Below are positions 8,940 to 17,600 of a DNA stretch of 37,326 nt, one piece after another (position 1 is the first letter of the stretch; each line of letters begins with the position of its first letter). The DNA is from Bacteroidia bacterium (GTDB lineage Bacteria; Bacteroidota; Bacteroidia; UKL13-3), in contig JBMLPO010000256.1 of assembly GCA_049242065.1 (NCBI GenBank), forward strand, positions 1-37,326, given 5' to 3'. A program made the translations under genes and the position numbers. The notes below the pieces were generated by a model, which saw only the letters and a program-made list of their open reading frames with translations, did not search any database and was not told the origin of the DNA.

Positions 8940-9947
8940 CTAAAAGATTGGTATATACTGCTCTTGTTGTTTATAAACAATTTGTGAGATAGTAGTTTCA
9001 AGATGGTCGTAATAATTTACTTTTAATGGAGTTGAATATTCAAGCCACTGTTTCAAAATATGGGTGAATTTCGAATCAATGGTATTCACAACGAGTGCTC
9101 CCATTAGTTTAAGTGCTTTGGCATTACACAATTGCTCATACTGGTTATTCATTGGGATCACCATGATTTTTTTGTGTAGATACATAGCTTCTGCAGGGCT
9201 CTCAAATCCTCCATTGGTTATTAAGCCATCACTACTGCATAAACTCTCCACAAAGGCATTGTTATGTATGGGTTGAACACTTACATTGTTTTTATAATAA
9301 GCTCTATTTCCATGTTTGCTAAAGACATGCCATTCCATATCAGGAATACTATTGAGGTGTTTGATGATGAGATCGTCGCTATAGGCAGGTAAATAAACCG
9401 TTATATGGCCTTTGTTACTTAATCCATTTTTTCTGATTTGAGACCTAATTACTGGAGTCTGGATAAAATCATCATAAGCCTGAAAATGAAAACCAATCTT
9501 ATCGCTTACTGGTGCAAAATGTTTTAATATGAAGTTTGGAACTTTATTTGAACCATCAATTCTTGGAGTTTTGTTTGATAAAAAAGAAGCTTGGTGACTC
9601 AATCCAAAACAAGGTAAACCCTTTAGCCAACAAGCCCAAGCGCTGATTGGCTCAAAATCATTGATCACTAAATCGTAGTCTTCCACTGGGCAGTTTCTGA
9701 TGTCTTTGAAGAACTGAAATGGTCTTAACTTAACAATTGAATCTACCATGTCTATTCCACCATTTTTGCCAAATGTGAAACTGATTCCTTTTCTCTTGTA
9801 TTTTATGATATAAGGTAATGATACATCGCTTTGTGTGCCACTTACTAATACATCTAGGTCACCGTGTTGAAGTAAATGTGGTATAATTTCTCCGGCACGA
9901 CTTAAATGTCCATTTCCTGTTCCCTGAATTGCAAATAGGATTTTCAT
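8940..9947 (-). CDS. GT-B fold glycosyltransferase (MurG/GT28-GT1-like, MJ1255-type)
   Basis: N-terminal MKILFAIQGTGNGHLSRA glycine-rich loop. C-terminal donor-binding signature LITNGGFESPAEAMYLHKKIMVIPMNNQYEQLCNAKAL. It lies 4 nt downstream of the LpxH-like gene. Confidence 0.7.
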   Translation of the reverse strand: MKILFAIQGTGNGHLSRAGEIIPHLLQHGDLDVLVSGTQSDVSLPYIIKYKRKGISFTFGKNGGIDMVDSIVKLRPFQFFKDIRNCPVEDYDLVINDFEPISAWACWLKGLPCFGLSHQASFLSNKTPRIDGSNKVPNFILKHFAPVSDKIGFHFQAYDDFIQTPVIRSQIRKNGLSNKGHITVYLPAYSDDLIIKHLNSIPDMEWHVFSKHGNRAYYKNNVSVQPIHNNAFVESLCSSDGLITNGGFESPAEAMYLHKKIMVIPMNNQYEQLCNAKALKLMGALVVNTIDSKFTHILKQWLEYSTPLKVNYYDHLETTISQIVYKQQEQYIPIF

Positions 9948-9951
9948 GAGC

Positions 9952-10791
9952 TTATTGTAAAATGGAGGCCAAAAGTTTTTCTGGATTGAAGTTCTTTATT
10001 TCATTTAGTTCCTCTTCAATTTGATCTGCTAATTCTGTTTGAAGTGATTTGTCCTCATTGAAATAATATATTTTCCACTCTCCATGATGGTATTCTAGGG
10101 CACTTAGATTTTCAACCCAATCTCCACTGTTTAAGTAGGTTGTGCTTCCTTTTTCATTAATAGCGGTTCGTTTTTGTGGTTGATGGATATGTCCGCAAAC
10201 AACATATTGGTAGCCTTTTTCTATGGCAATTTCTATGGCTGTTTGTTCAAAGTCGCTAATAAATTTGATAGCAGATTTAACCCCATTTTTGATCTCCTTT
10301 GATAAAGATATTCTTCCTTTACCCATGAACTCGCTAATGCTGTTTACTGCGCTATTTAATAGGATTAAAATATCATAGCCTATTGCTCCCATTCTTGCTA
10401 ACCACTTACTGTGTTGCATGGTAATATCAAACACATCGCCATGAAAGAACCACATTTTTTTACCATCTACTTGTAGTACCAATTTGTTGAGGATTTCAAT
10501 TTTCCCCATTTTAAAGTCGGTAAACTTCCTTAGAATTTCATCATGGTTTCCAGTTAGGTAATACACCTGAGTCCCGGCATTCATCATCTTTAAAATTCTT
10601 TGAATGATTTTCATATGTGAATCGGGCCAGTAATTTTTACTGAATTGCCAAACATCAATAATATCTCCATTAAGAATTAAAATTTCCGGCTGTATACTCT
10701 TCAAATATTGGTTTAGTTCCTTGGCTCTGCAGCCATACGTACCTAAATGAACATCAGAAATGCAGACGATTTTTAAGTTTCTCTTTTTCAT
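9952..10791 (-). CDS. LpxH-like metallophosphoesterase (second paralogue; true substrate unknown)
   Basis: Motifs SDVHLG, GDIIDVWQF, GNHDE, FHGDVFD, CGHIHQP, SGDW appear in the same order as in LpxH. Length is 279 aa. Confidence 0.7.
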   Translation of the reverse strand: MKKRNLKIVCISDVHLGTYGCRAKELNQYLKSIQPEILILNGDIIDVWQFSKNYWPDSHMKIIQRILKMMNAGTQVYYLTGNHDEILRKFTDFKMGKIEILNKLVLQVDGKKMWFFHGDVFDITMQHSKWLARMGAIGYDILILLNSAVNSISEFMGKGRISLSKEIKNGVKSAIKFISDFEQTAIEIAIEKGYQYVVCGHIHQPQKRTAINEKGSTTYLNSGDWVENLSALEYHHGEWKIYYFNEDKSLQTELADQIEEELNEIKNFNPEKLLASILQ

Positions 10792-10914
10792 GATTTTGTG
10801 AAACTCAAAATTCAGTTTGTTATATTTTCTTTAAATGAACTAGATGTAAAATAATTGTTGAGTATGTAAAATTTTTGGGGAAACATTACACAATTAAACT
10901 ATTTTGCCATAATT

Positions 10915-13140
10915 ATGTTAAGCGGACCTATTACCGGACATTATCTAAAACGAGATATTCCTGCTTCTTTAGCAGTATTTGTAGTGGCTATTCCATTGTG
11001 TTTAGGAATAGCTCATGCCTCAGGTGCTCCATTAATTACTGGTTTAATTGCTGGAATGGTTGGTGGAATCATTGTTGGCTTATTTAGCGATTCCAATTTA
11101 AGTGTTAGCGGACCTGCTGCAGGATTAACAGCAATTTCATTAGCAGGAATTCAAAGTTTAGGCTCATATCAGGCATTTGTTGCAGCCGTTTTAATTGCGG
11201 GCATCATCCAATTAATCTTTGGATTGCTAAAATTGGGTGGCATTTCAAATTATATTCCTACCACGGTTATCAAAGGAATGTTAGCTGCTATTGGTCTTAT
11301 TTTAATTATCAAACAGTTTCCTCATTTGATTGGATATGACATAGAAGAAATGGGAGTAGAGGAATTTGACATCAACCAATCTGATATCAATGAGGCATAC
11401 CATGAAAAGCCTGAAGGCCATGAAAATACTTTTTCTCTCTTGCTTCATTCCTTAAGGCATATCAATTCTACTGTGATGGCAATTGGACTGTTCTCACTTG
11501 GATTTTTGTTTGTATGGGAAAAGAAAATATCGAAAAAAGTGAAACTCATTCCTGGTACCTTGGTGGTGGTAGTCTTAGGCATGCTTGCTAGCTTACTTAT
11601 TAGAATTTCTGGTTTAGATATCCAATTAGAATCAGACCATTTTGTATCCGTTCCTCAGATCCTTTCTGCAAGTACTAGCTCTTTTTATTTTCCTCCCGAT
11701 TTTAGTCAGTTATTTACATTGAACTTTGCTAAGGTAGTAATCACTATTGCCATTGTTGCCTCCATTGAATCATTGTTGAGTATAGAAGCCATTCAGAAAA
11801 TCGATATACATCGTCAGAAAGTGGGAGTAAATAGAGAATTAATGGCTCAAGGTGCAGGAAACATTGTGAGTGCAGCATTGGGTGGACTTCCCGTTACTGC
11901 TGTTATTGTTAGAGGCTCGGTTAATCAGGCAGCAGGTGCCGAATCTAAAAATTCTGCTATCCTACATGGCTTTTGGATTATAATTTCAGTTTTATTTTTT
12001 ACCGATGTCCTAAATTTAATTCCTTTAGCAAGTTTAGCGGCCATTTTGTGTTTTACTGGTTATAAATTATTAGATCCCTCTTTGTTTCAGTTTTTTTATA
12101 AAAAAGGATGGTCCCAGTTTCTACCATTTGTAGTAACAATTTTAGCAATAGTTTTGACCGATTTGTTAATTGGTGTGACTATCGGATTACTATTAGCAGG
12201 ATTGTTTATCATAAAAGAAAATTACAATTCTCCTGTATTAAGGGTATTTGATTTGGGTCCACGAAAGAAAATTGCCTTGGGTGAGACAGTTTCGTTTTTA
12301 CATAAAAAGAAAGTAACGGATGCTCTTGAATCTATTCCTCCTTTTTCTGTTGTAGAAATAGATGGTTCTCGATCAAAATTTATTGATGAAGATATTATTG
12401 ATGCAATTATTGATTTCAGGAAAACAGCACATCTTCACGGCATAGAAGTAATTTTAGGTGGAATTAGTCAATTAAGCGATAAAGTAAAACTTATGGAATC
12501 TATAGATAAATCCTACGAGCGTTTATTCGCTAACAACAAAAAATGGGTGGAAGAAAAGGTTCAAAAAGATCCTGCTTATTTTAAGAAATTAACTGCCGGA
12601 CAAAAACCCGAATACTTATTTATTGGTTGCAGTGATAGCCGTGTACCTGCAAATGAAATCACAGGAACAGATCCCGGTGAAATGTTTGTTCATAGGAATA
12701 TTGCCAATATGGTTGTAAATACAGATATTAATTTACTGTCTGTGCTACAATATTCGGTTGAAGTATTAAATGTAAAACATGTTATTGTTTGTGGCCATTA
12801 TGGATGTGGAGGAGTAAAAGCAGCATTGGAAAATCAACCTCATGGTTTAATTGACAAATGGTTGAGAAATATCAAAGATGCGTATCGATTACACATGGAT
12901 GAATTGGATGCCATTACAGATGAAGAAACCAAACACAGACGAATGGTTGAAATCAATGTGCAAGAACAGGTCATCAATCTCTTAAAAACTTCATTCATAC
13001 AAAAGAATATTGAATTATATGGGTTTCCTAAAGTACATGGTTGGGTGTATGATATAGCTGATGGATATATTAAAGACTTAGAAATTGATCCAATAAAACA
13101 CTTTCCAGAATACCGCTTGTATAAGGTTTCCAAAGAATAA
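10915..13140 (+). CDS. SulP-family anion transporter fused to a STAS domain and a C-terminal Can-type beta-carbonic anhydrase
   Basis: The N-terminal roughly 430 aa is a polytopic SulP-like region (GIAHASGAPLITGLIAGMVGGIIVG, NRELMAQGAGNIVSAALGGLPVTAVIVRGSVN). A STAS-like segment follows (ETVSFLHKKKV...DEDIIDAIIDF). The last 208 aa are colinear with E. coli Can as I recall it. The whole gene is a single uninterrupted frame. Confidence 0.9.
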   Translation: MLSGPITGHYLKRDIPASLAVFVVAIPLCLGIAHASGAPLITGLIAGMVGGIIVGLFSDSNLSVSGPAAGLTAISLAGIQSLGSYQAFVAAVLIAGIIQLIFGLLKLGGISNYIPTTVIKGMLAAIGLILIIKQFPHLIGYDIEEMGVEEFDINQSDINEAYHEKPEGHENTFSLLLHSLRHINSTVMAIGLFSLGFLFVWEKKISKKVKLIPGTLVVVVLGMLASLLIRISGLDIQLESDHFVSVPQILSASTSSFYFPPDFSQLFTLNFAKVVITIAIVASIESLLSIEAIQKIDIHRQKVGVNRELMAQGAGNIVSAALGGLPVTAVIVRGSVNQAAGAESKNSAILHGFWIIISVLFFTDVLNLIPLASLAAILCFTGYKLLDPSLFQFFYKKGWSQFLPFVVTILAIVLTDLLIGVTIGLLLAGLFIIKENYNSPVLRVFDLGPRKKIALGETVSFLHKKKVTDALESIPPFSVVEIDGSRSKFIDEDIIDAIIDFRKTAHLHGIEVILGGISQLSDKVKLMESIDKSYERLFANNKKWVEEKVQKDPAYFKKLTAGQKPEYLFIGCSDSRVPANEITGTDPGEMFVHRNIANMVVNTDINLLSVLQYSVEVLNVKHVIVCGHYGCGGVKAALENQPHGLIDKWLRNIKDAYRLHMDELDAITDEETKHRRMVEINVQEQVINLLKTSFIQKNIELYGFPKVHGWVYDIADGYIKDLEIDPIKHFPEYRLYKVSKE
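12514..13137 (+). other. Beta-carbonic anhydrase domain of the SulP fusion
   Basis: The domain reads YERLFANNKKWVEEKV..KPEYLFIGCSDSRVPANEITG..GEMFVHRNIANMV..VIVCGHYGCGGVKAA..VHGWVYDIADGYIKDL. The Zn-ligand motifs CSDSR (Cys codon 12628-12630) and HYGCGG are intact. Confidence 0.85.
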
Positions 13141-13171
13141 TTCATTTATTTAAACCTATATCAGTTGAGGC

Positions 13172-13200
13172 TCAAACCTTTTTAAGATAATTTGGTTTGA
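13172..13200 (+). terminator. Weak candidate terminator hairpin after the SulP-CA gene
   Basis: TCAAACC (13172-13178) pairs with GGTTTGA (13194-13200) across a 15-nt loop, followed by T-rich sequence. The stem is short and AT-rich and the loop is large. Confidence 0.25.
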
Positions 13201-13233
13201 TATTTATCGTTTTGTTTTCTAATATTTGTAATC

Positions 13234-13626
13234 ATGCCAACTGTAGTTGCTATCACCAATCAGGTTAAAATAACAGTAGAAACTTTCTACCAAAATATGC
13301 TTGCACCTAATCCTGAAGCAAGACACATGTTTGCATACAGAATAAGAATTCATAACCAAGGTGAACATACCATCAAACTTTTAAGAAGACATTGGTTTAT
13401 TATTGATTCTATAAATGGTAATTCAGAAGTAGAAGGAGAGGGTGTAGTTGGTAAGCAACCAGTTCTAGAACCAGGAGAATTTCATCAGTATGTATCGGGT
13501 TGTTCTTTGGCTGGTGATATGGGTAAAATGTTTGGTTTTTATATCATGGAACGTCAATTTGATGGCAAATTGTTTGAGGTTGAAATACCAGCCTTCACCA
13601 TGATTGTTCCCTATATCCTTAATTAA
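13234..13626 (+). CDS. apaG: ApaG (DUF525) protein
   Basis: Colinear with E. coli ApaG as I recall it: FAYRIRIHNQG..LLRRHWFIIDS.G...EVEGEGVVGKQPVLEPGE..QYVSG. Length is 130 aa. Confidence 0.9.
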   Translation: MPTVVAITNQVKITVETFYQNMLAPNPEARHMFAYRIRIHNQGEHTIKLLRRHWFIIDSINGNSEVEGEGVVGKQPVLEPGEFHQYVSGCSLAGDMGKMFGFYIMERQFDGKLFEVEIPAFTMIVPYILN

Positions 13627-13639
13627 AGTTTTAAATATC

Positions 13640-13957
13640 TCAATGACTGCAGCCACAGGGTTTGTAGGTTCTATGATTTCCTTTGTGGTCGTTCCACTCT
13701 ATCTTCTCATGTTTTTCATTGTATAAAATGGTCCAAATCCATTCGCCATTCTTCCACTTTTCTCGTTTCTCAATCCATCCCGTACTGGTATAAATAATCC
13801 AGTGGCCATCTTTTTTCTCATTCTTTAATTTTCCTTTTTCTTTCCTCAATCCATTGTCATAATAGCTTTGAACCCTTTTTATTTTATTACTAACACATGA
13901 TGTGATAATCAGGCTGTTAATCAATAAAATCATCGTATTAAACCTGAAAAGCTTCAT
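13640..13957 (-). CDS. Small lipoprotein with MORN-variant (YwqK-like) repeats
   Basis: Lipobox LIITSC after a signal sequence. The repeats resemble MORN-variant repeats (YYDNGLRKEKGKLKNEKKDGHWIIY..GWIEKREKWKNGEW). Length is 105 aa. Confidence 0.5.
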   Translation of the reverse strand: MKLFRFNTMILLINSLIITSCVSNKIKRVQSYYDNGLRKEKGKLKNEKKDGHWIIYTSTGWIEKREKWKNGEWIWTILYNEKHEKIEWNDHKGNHRTYKPCGCSH

Positions 13958-14048
13958 CTGCGGATTGAATTTGTATAAATGGAAAAATTAAGGCCTTTTG
14001 AAATTCAAAGATTTTATTATTTTGCGGACTTAGCAAGAAGTAAAAATT

Positions 14049-14633
14049 TTGATAGCGCATATCCAAGGAAAAGTATCTTATCGTTCACCTGCCTACGTTG
14101 TAATCGACTGTGGGGGTGTTGGTTATGGTATTCAGATTTCATTTAATACCTATGGGTTAATGGGTGATGCAGAACAAGTAAAACTGCTCACCTACCTCAG
14201 TATTAAAGAGGATGGTCATACTCTTTTTGGTTTTGCTGAAGAAAATGAAAGACAATTGTTCCTGAATTTGATTTCAGTTAGTGGTGTGGGTGCCAATACT
14301 GCTCGTGTAATTCTCTCTAGTTTAAAAGTACAAGAGATTGCTCAAGCTATTTTGGATGGCAACTGGACCCTACTCAAAACAATCAAAGGAATTGGACCCA
14401 AGACAGCTCAGCGTATTGTGGTTGATTTGCAGGATAAAATGAAGAAATTAGGAGATAATAATCAACTTTCAGGACTACAAGATACCAACCCTGCAGTGGA
14501 AGAAGCCTTGGCTGCATTGCTTATGTTGGGATTCTCTAAAGTGGAAGCTGAAAAGGGTCTGACGAAAATCAGGCAACAAAATCCAAATTTAAGCGTTGAG
14601 CAACTCGTTAAATTAACTTTAAAAATTCTTTGA
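14049..14633 (+). CDS. ruvA: Holliday junction branch-migration complex subunit RuvA
   Basis: MIAHIQGKV...VVIDCGGVGYGIQ parallels E. coli MIGRLRGII...LIEVGGVGYEV. The HhH motifs are VSGVGANTARVILS and IKGIGPKTAQRIV. The start codon is TTG (14049), and the alignment places Met1 exactly there. Confidence 0.9.
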   Translation: MIAHIQGKVSYRSPAYVVIDCGGVGYGIQISFNTYGLMGDAEQVKLLTYLSIKEDGHTLFGFAEENERQLFLNLISVSGVGANTARVILSSLKVQEIAQAILDGNWTLLKTIKGIGPKTAQRIVVDLQDKMKKLGDNNQLSGLQDTNPAVEEALAALLMLGFSKVEAEKGLTKIRQQNPNLSVEQLVKLTLKIL

Positions 14634-14648
14634 TGGGAAACTTCTACT

Positions 14649-17600
14649 TTGTACAGTAGCTCAAAATTAAAATACATACGCGCCTTTTTTACGTTCACCT
14701 TTGTTTTAACACTGGTATGGAATGCTACACCCCGCGGTGCAGTAAGATATAGAAGAGATTTTAGCGTTTTCCTGCCCGATACAGGCAAGGCCGATACCGG
14801 GTCAACGAATTTGCCATACCCTATCAAAGACAAAAAACCTTATGAAATTTATGGCCCTAAACATCCTCTTGATTTAGGTGACCCTGCAATTCTTAAAAAT
14901 AAATTTGAACTCAATCCCAATAATTATAATTATGAGTTCTCCTCCAAAGTAGGTACTGAAGACGTTAAACTGCCCGCATCAATAAAAGTTACTGAACAAC
15001 TCAAAAAGGAGAGTAAACAAAATAATGATGCCTATTTCCGCCAAAGGGCACAAGCGCAAAATTTTACCAAAGGCGCCGGAATTATTCCTCAACTCAATAT
15101 CAGCAATAAAATTATTGATAGAATTTTTGGAAGTGGGATCATAGATATCAAACCTCGAGGTACGGCTGAGTTAATATTCTCTGCCAATTTTAATACAGTT
15201 CGTAATCCTGCATTTTCTTTACGTCAACAAAGCACAGGTCAGTTCGATTTTCGTCAAAAAATTCAATTGAATGTAAGCGGTGCAATTGGCGATAAAATGA
15301 AATTAAACCTCAACTACGACACCGAAGCAACATTTGAATTCGAAAACCAAATGAAGCTTGATTATGCCGGTAAGGAAGATGATATCATTAAGAAAATTGA
15401 ATTGGGAAATGTGGGTCTTCCTCTTCAATCTTCCTTGATTCAAGGTAGCCAAAGTTTATTTGGTGTTAAAAGTACCCTGCAATTTGGTAAGCTTACTGTA
15501 ACCGGAGTAGTTTCTCAACAAAGAGGTAAAACCCAAGAAACAGAATTGGCTGGCGGAGCTGTTACTACTCGCTTCGATATTCAAGGTGATAATTACGATA
15601 TGAATCGTCATTATTTTCTCTCACACTATTTCAGAGATAATTATGAAAATTGGTTGAGTAATTTACCTTTTGTTGGTTCTCCTGTTGTAATTACACGCGT
15701 AGAAGTTTGGGTTACCAATAGAAGCGGATCTTTTGATCAATCCAGAGATGTGATTGGTTTTGCTGATTTAGGTGAAACAGATAAACGCTCAAACCCTTAT
15801 TGGTCTGTGAATACCAATCGTGGTAATTTGGGTAATGAAGTAAATAGTTTATATGCCTACCTCAATGGAAATGGCGATAACAATAAAGCTGCGGTTTTTA
15901 GAGCAGCGTATCAAATTCAAAACCAATTGAGGGCCGACGAAAACACGACCCAAATGCTTCCGATTTCACAATACCAAATCGTTAATTTTGCTCGTCAATT
16001 AGGTCCAAATGAATATACCTTTAATCCAAGATTAGGTTATATCTCACTCAATCAAGCTTTAAATAACGATGATGTTTTATGCGTTGCCTATGAAGGTACC
16101 GTGAATGGTATAGCTTTTAAAGTGGGCGAATTCAGCATGGACATTCAAAGGAATACAAGCGTTCCTGAAATCATGTTCCTCAAAATGTTAAAAGGTCCTT
16201 CTCAAAGACCCGATTTACCCATGTGGGATCTCATGATGAAAAATGTTTACTCCTTGGGTTCATTCCAGGTTCAACCTAAAGATTTCAAGCTCAATATTGT
16301 TTATGCAGATGACCCATCAGGTGCAGACCTAAATTACTTGCCAGTAAAAAATGAACCAAACCTCAGCGGTATTCCTTTATTGAATGTATTTAAACTCGAT
16401 CAACTCAATACGCAGCAAGAAAAAGTTTCTGATGGTTTGTTTGATTTGATTGAAGGTGTTACGATCAACTCACAAACAGGAAGAATTTTCCTTCCTACTA
16501 ATGAGCCTTTTGGCACCTATTTGCAAAGAAAATTCACCAATGATCCTGCACTTGCAAATTACTATTGCTTCTTCGCTTTATACGATTCAACTAGGTTCTC
16601 TGCTATACAACAACCTCAATTTAATAAGTTCTTTATTAGAGGAAGTTTTCAAGGTTCTTCTACCAATGAAATTGCATTGGGGTCTACCAATGTACCACGA
16701 GGCTCAGTGCGTGTAACTGCTAATGGTGCCCCTCTAACAGAAAATGCAGATTTTATAGTTGATTATAATTTGGGTAGGGTCAAAATTGTCAATACCGCTC
16801 TTCTTAATTCAGGAGCAATTATCAAAGTGTCTTCAGAGAGTAATAACCTCTTCCAAATACAACAAAGAAGTATGATGGGTGCTAGGTTTGATTACAAACA
16901 TAGTAAGGATTTAATTTTAGGTTCTACTTTCATGTACATGAATGAAAGACCTTTAACACCTAAAGTTAACATAGGTGAGGAGCCTATTTCTAATATTGTA
17001 ATTGGATTCGATGGAACTTATAATAAGAACTCTCGTTTCTTAACCAAAATGGTTGATAAGCTTCCTTTTATTGAAACAAAAGAAGTTTCTAATATTACCG
17101 TATCTGGTGAATATGCCCGATTAATTCCTGGTGTTCAAGGTGCATTAAGCCAAAGAGGAACCGCCTATATTGATGACTTTGAAGGTGCTGAAACTCCTTT
17201 TGATTTGCGCATGGGAAATACCTGGGCTTTAGCAAGTACACCTCAAGGACAACCTGATTTATTTCCAGAAGCCAATACCATCAATCAATTGGATTATGGA
17301 TTCAGGAGAGCCAATTTAGCTTGGTATACCATCGCAACAACTTTTTATAGAAACGATGCATTTACACCTGCTCATTTGAAATCAGATCCAGATGCATTAT
17401 CTAATCATGTTTCTAGAGAGGTATTACAAACTGATGTTTTTCCAAGCCGCCAAATTCAACAAGGTTTACCAACTACTTTACCAACGCTCGATTTGGCTTA
17501 CTTTCCTAATGAAAGAGGTCCTTATAATTATACCATCAATGAATTAAATGCCGATGGTACACTCAAAAACCCAAATAGAAATTGGGGAGGTATCATGCGT

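Noticed and set aside
10875-11087. An alternative 70-aa ORF that overlaps the SulP start in another frame, together with upstream-extended starts on the ORF track at 2205, 2779, 6346, 24271, 24422 and 25185.
   Set aside because: The extensions begin at TTG or add residues not colinear with known family N-termini. Internal ATGs give canonical N-termini or signal peptides, and in several cases those ATGs sit just downstream of a -7 box.
13640-13957. The MORN/YwqK-like small protein considered as an antitoxin of a toxin-antitoxin or polymorphic-toxin system.
   Set aside because: It carries a lipoprotein signal peptide and has no adjacent toxin-like gene; its neighbours are apaG and ruvA. Such MORN-variant lipoproteins are common stand-alone genes in Bacteroidota.
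14631-14651. ruvA and sprA are in the same reading frame, separated only by TGA and five sense codons. This raised the possibility of a read-through fusion.
   Set aside because: Sharing a frame has a one-in-three chance expectation. A cytoplasmic RuvA fused ahead of a signal peptide makes no biological sense. No recoding signal such as a hairpin or SECIS-like element is evident.
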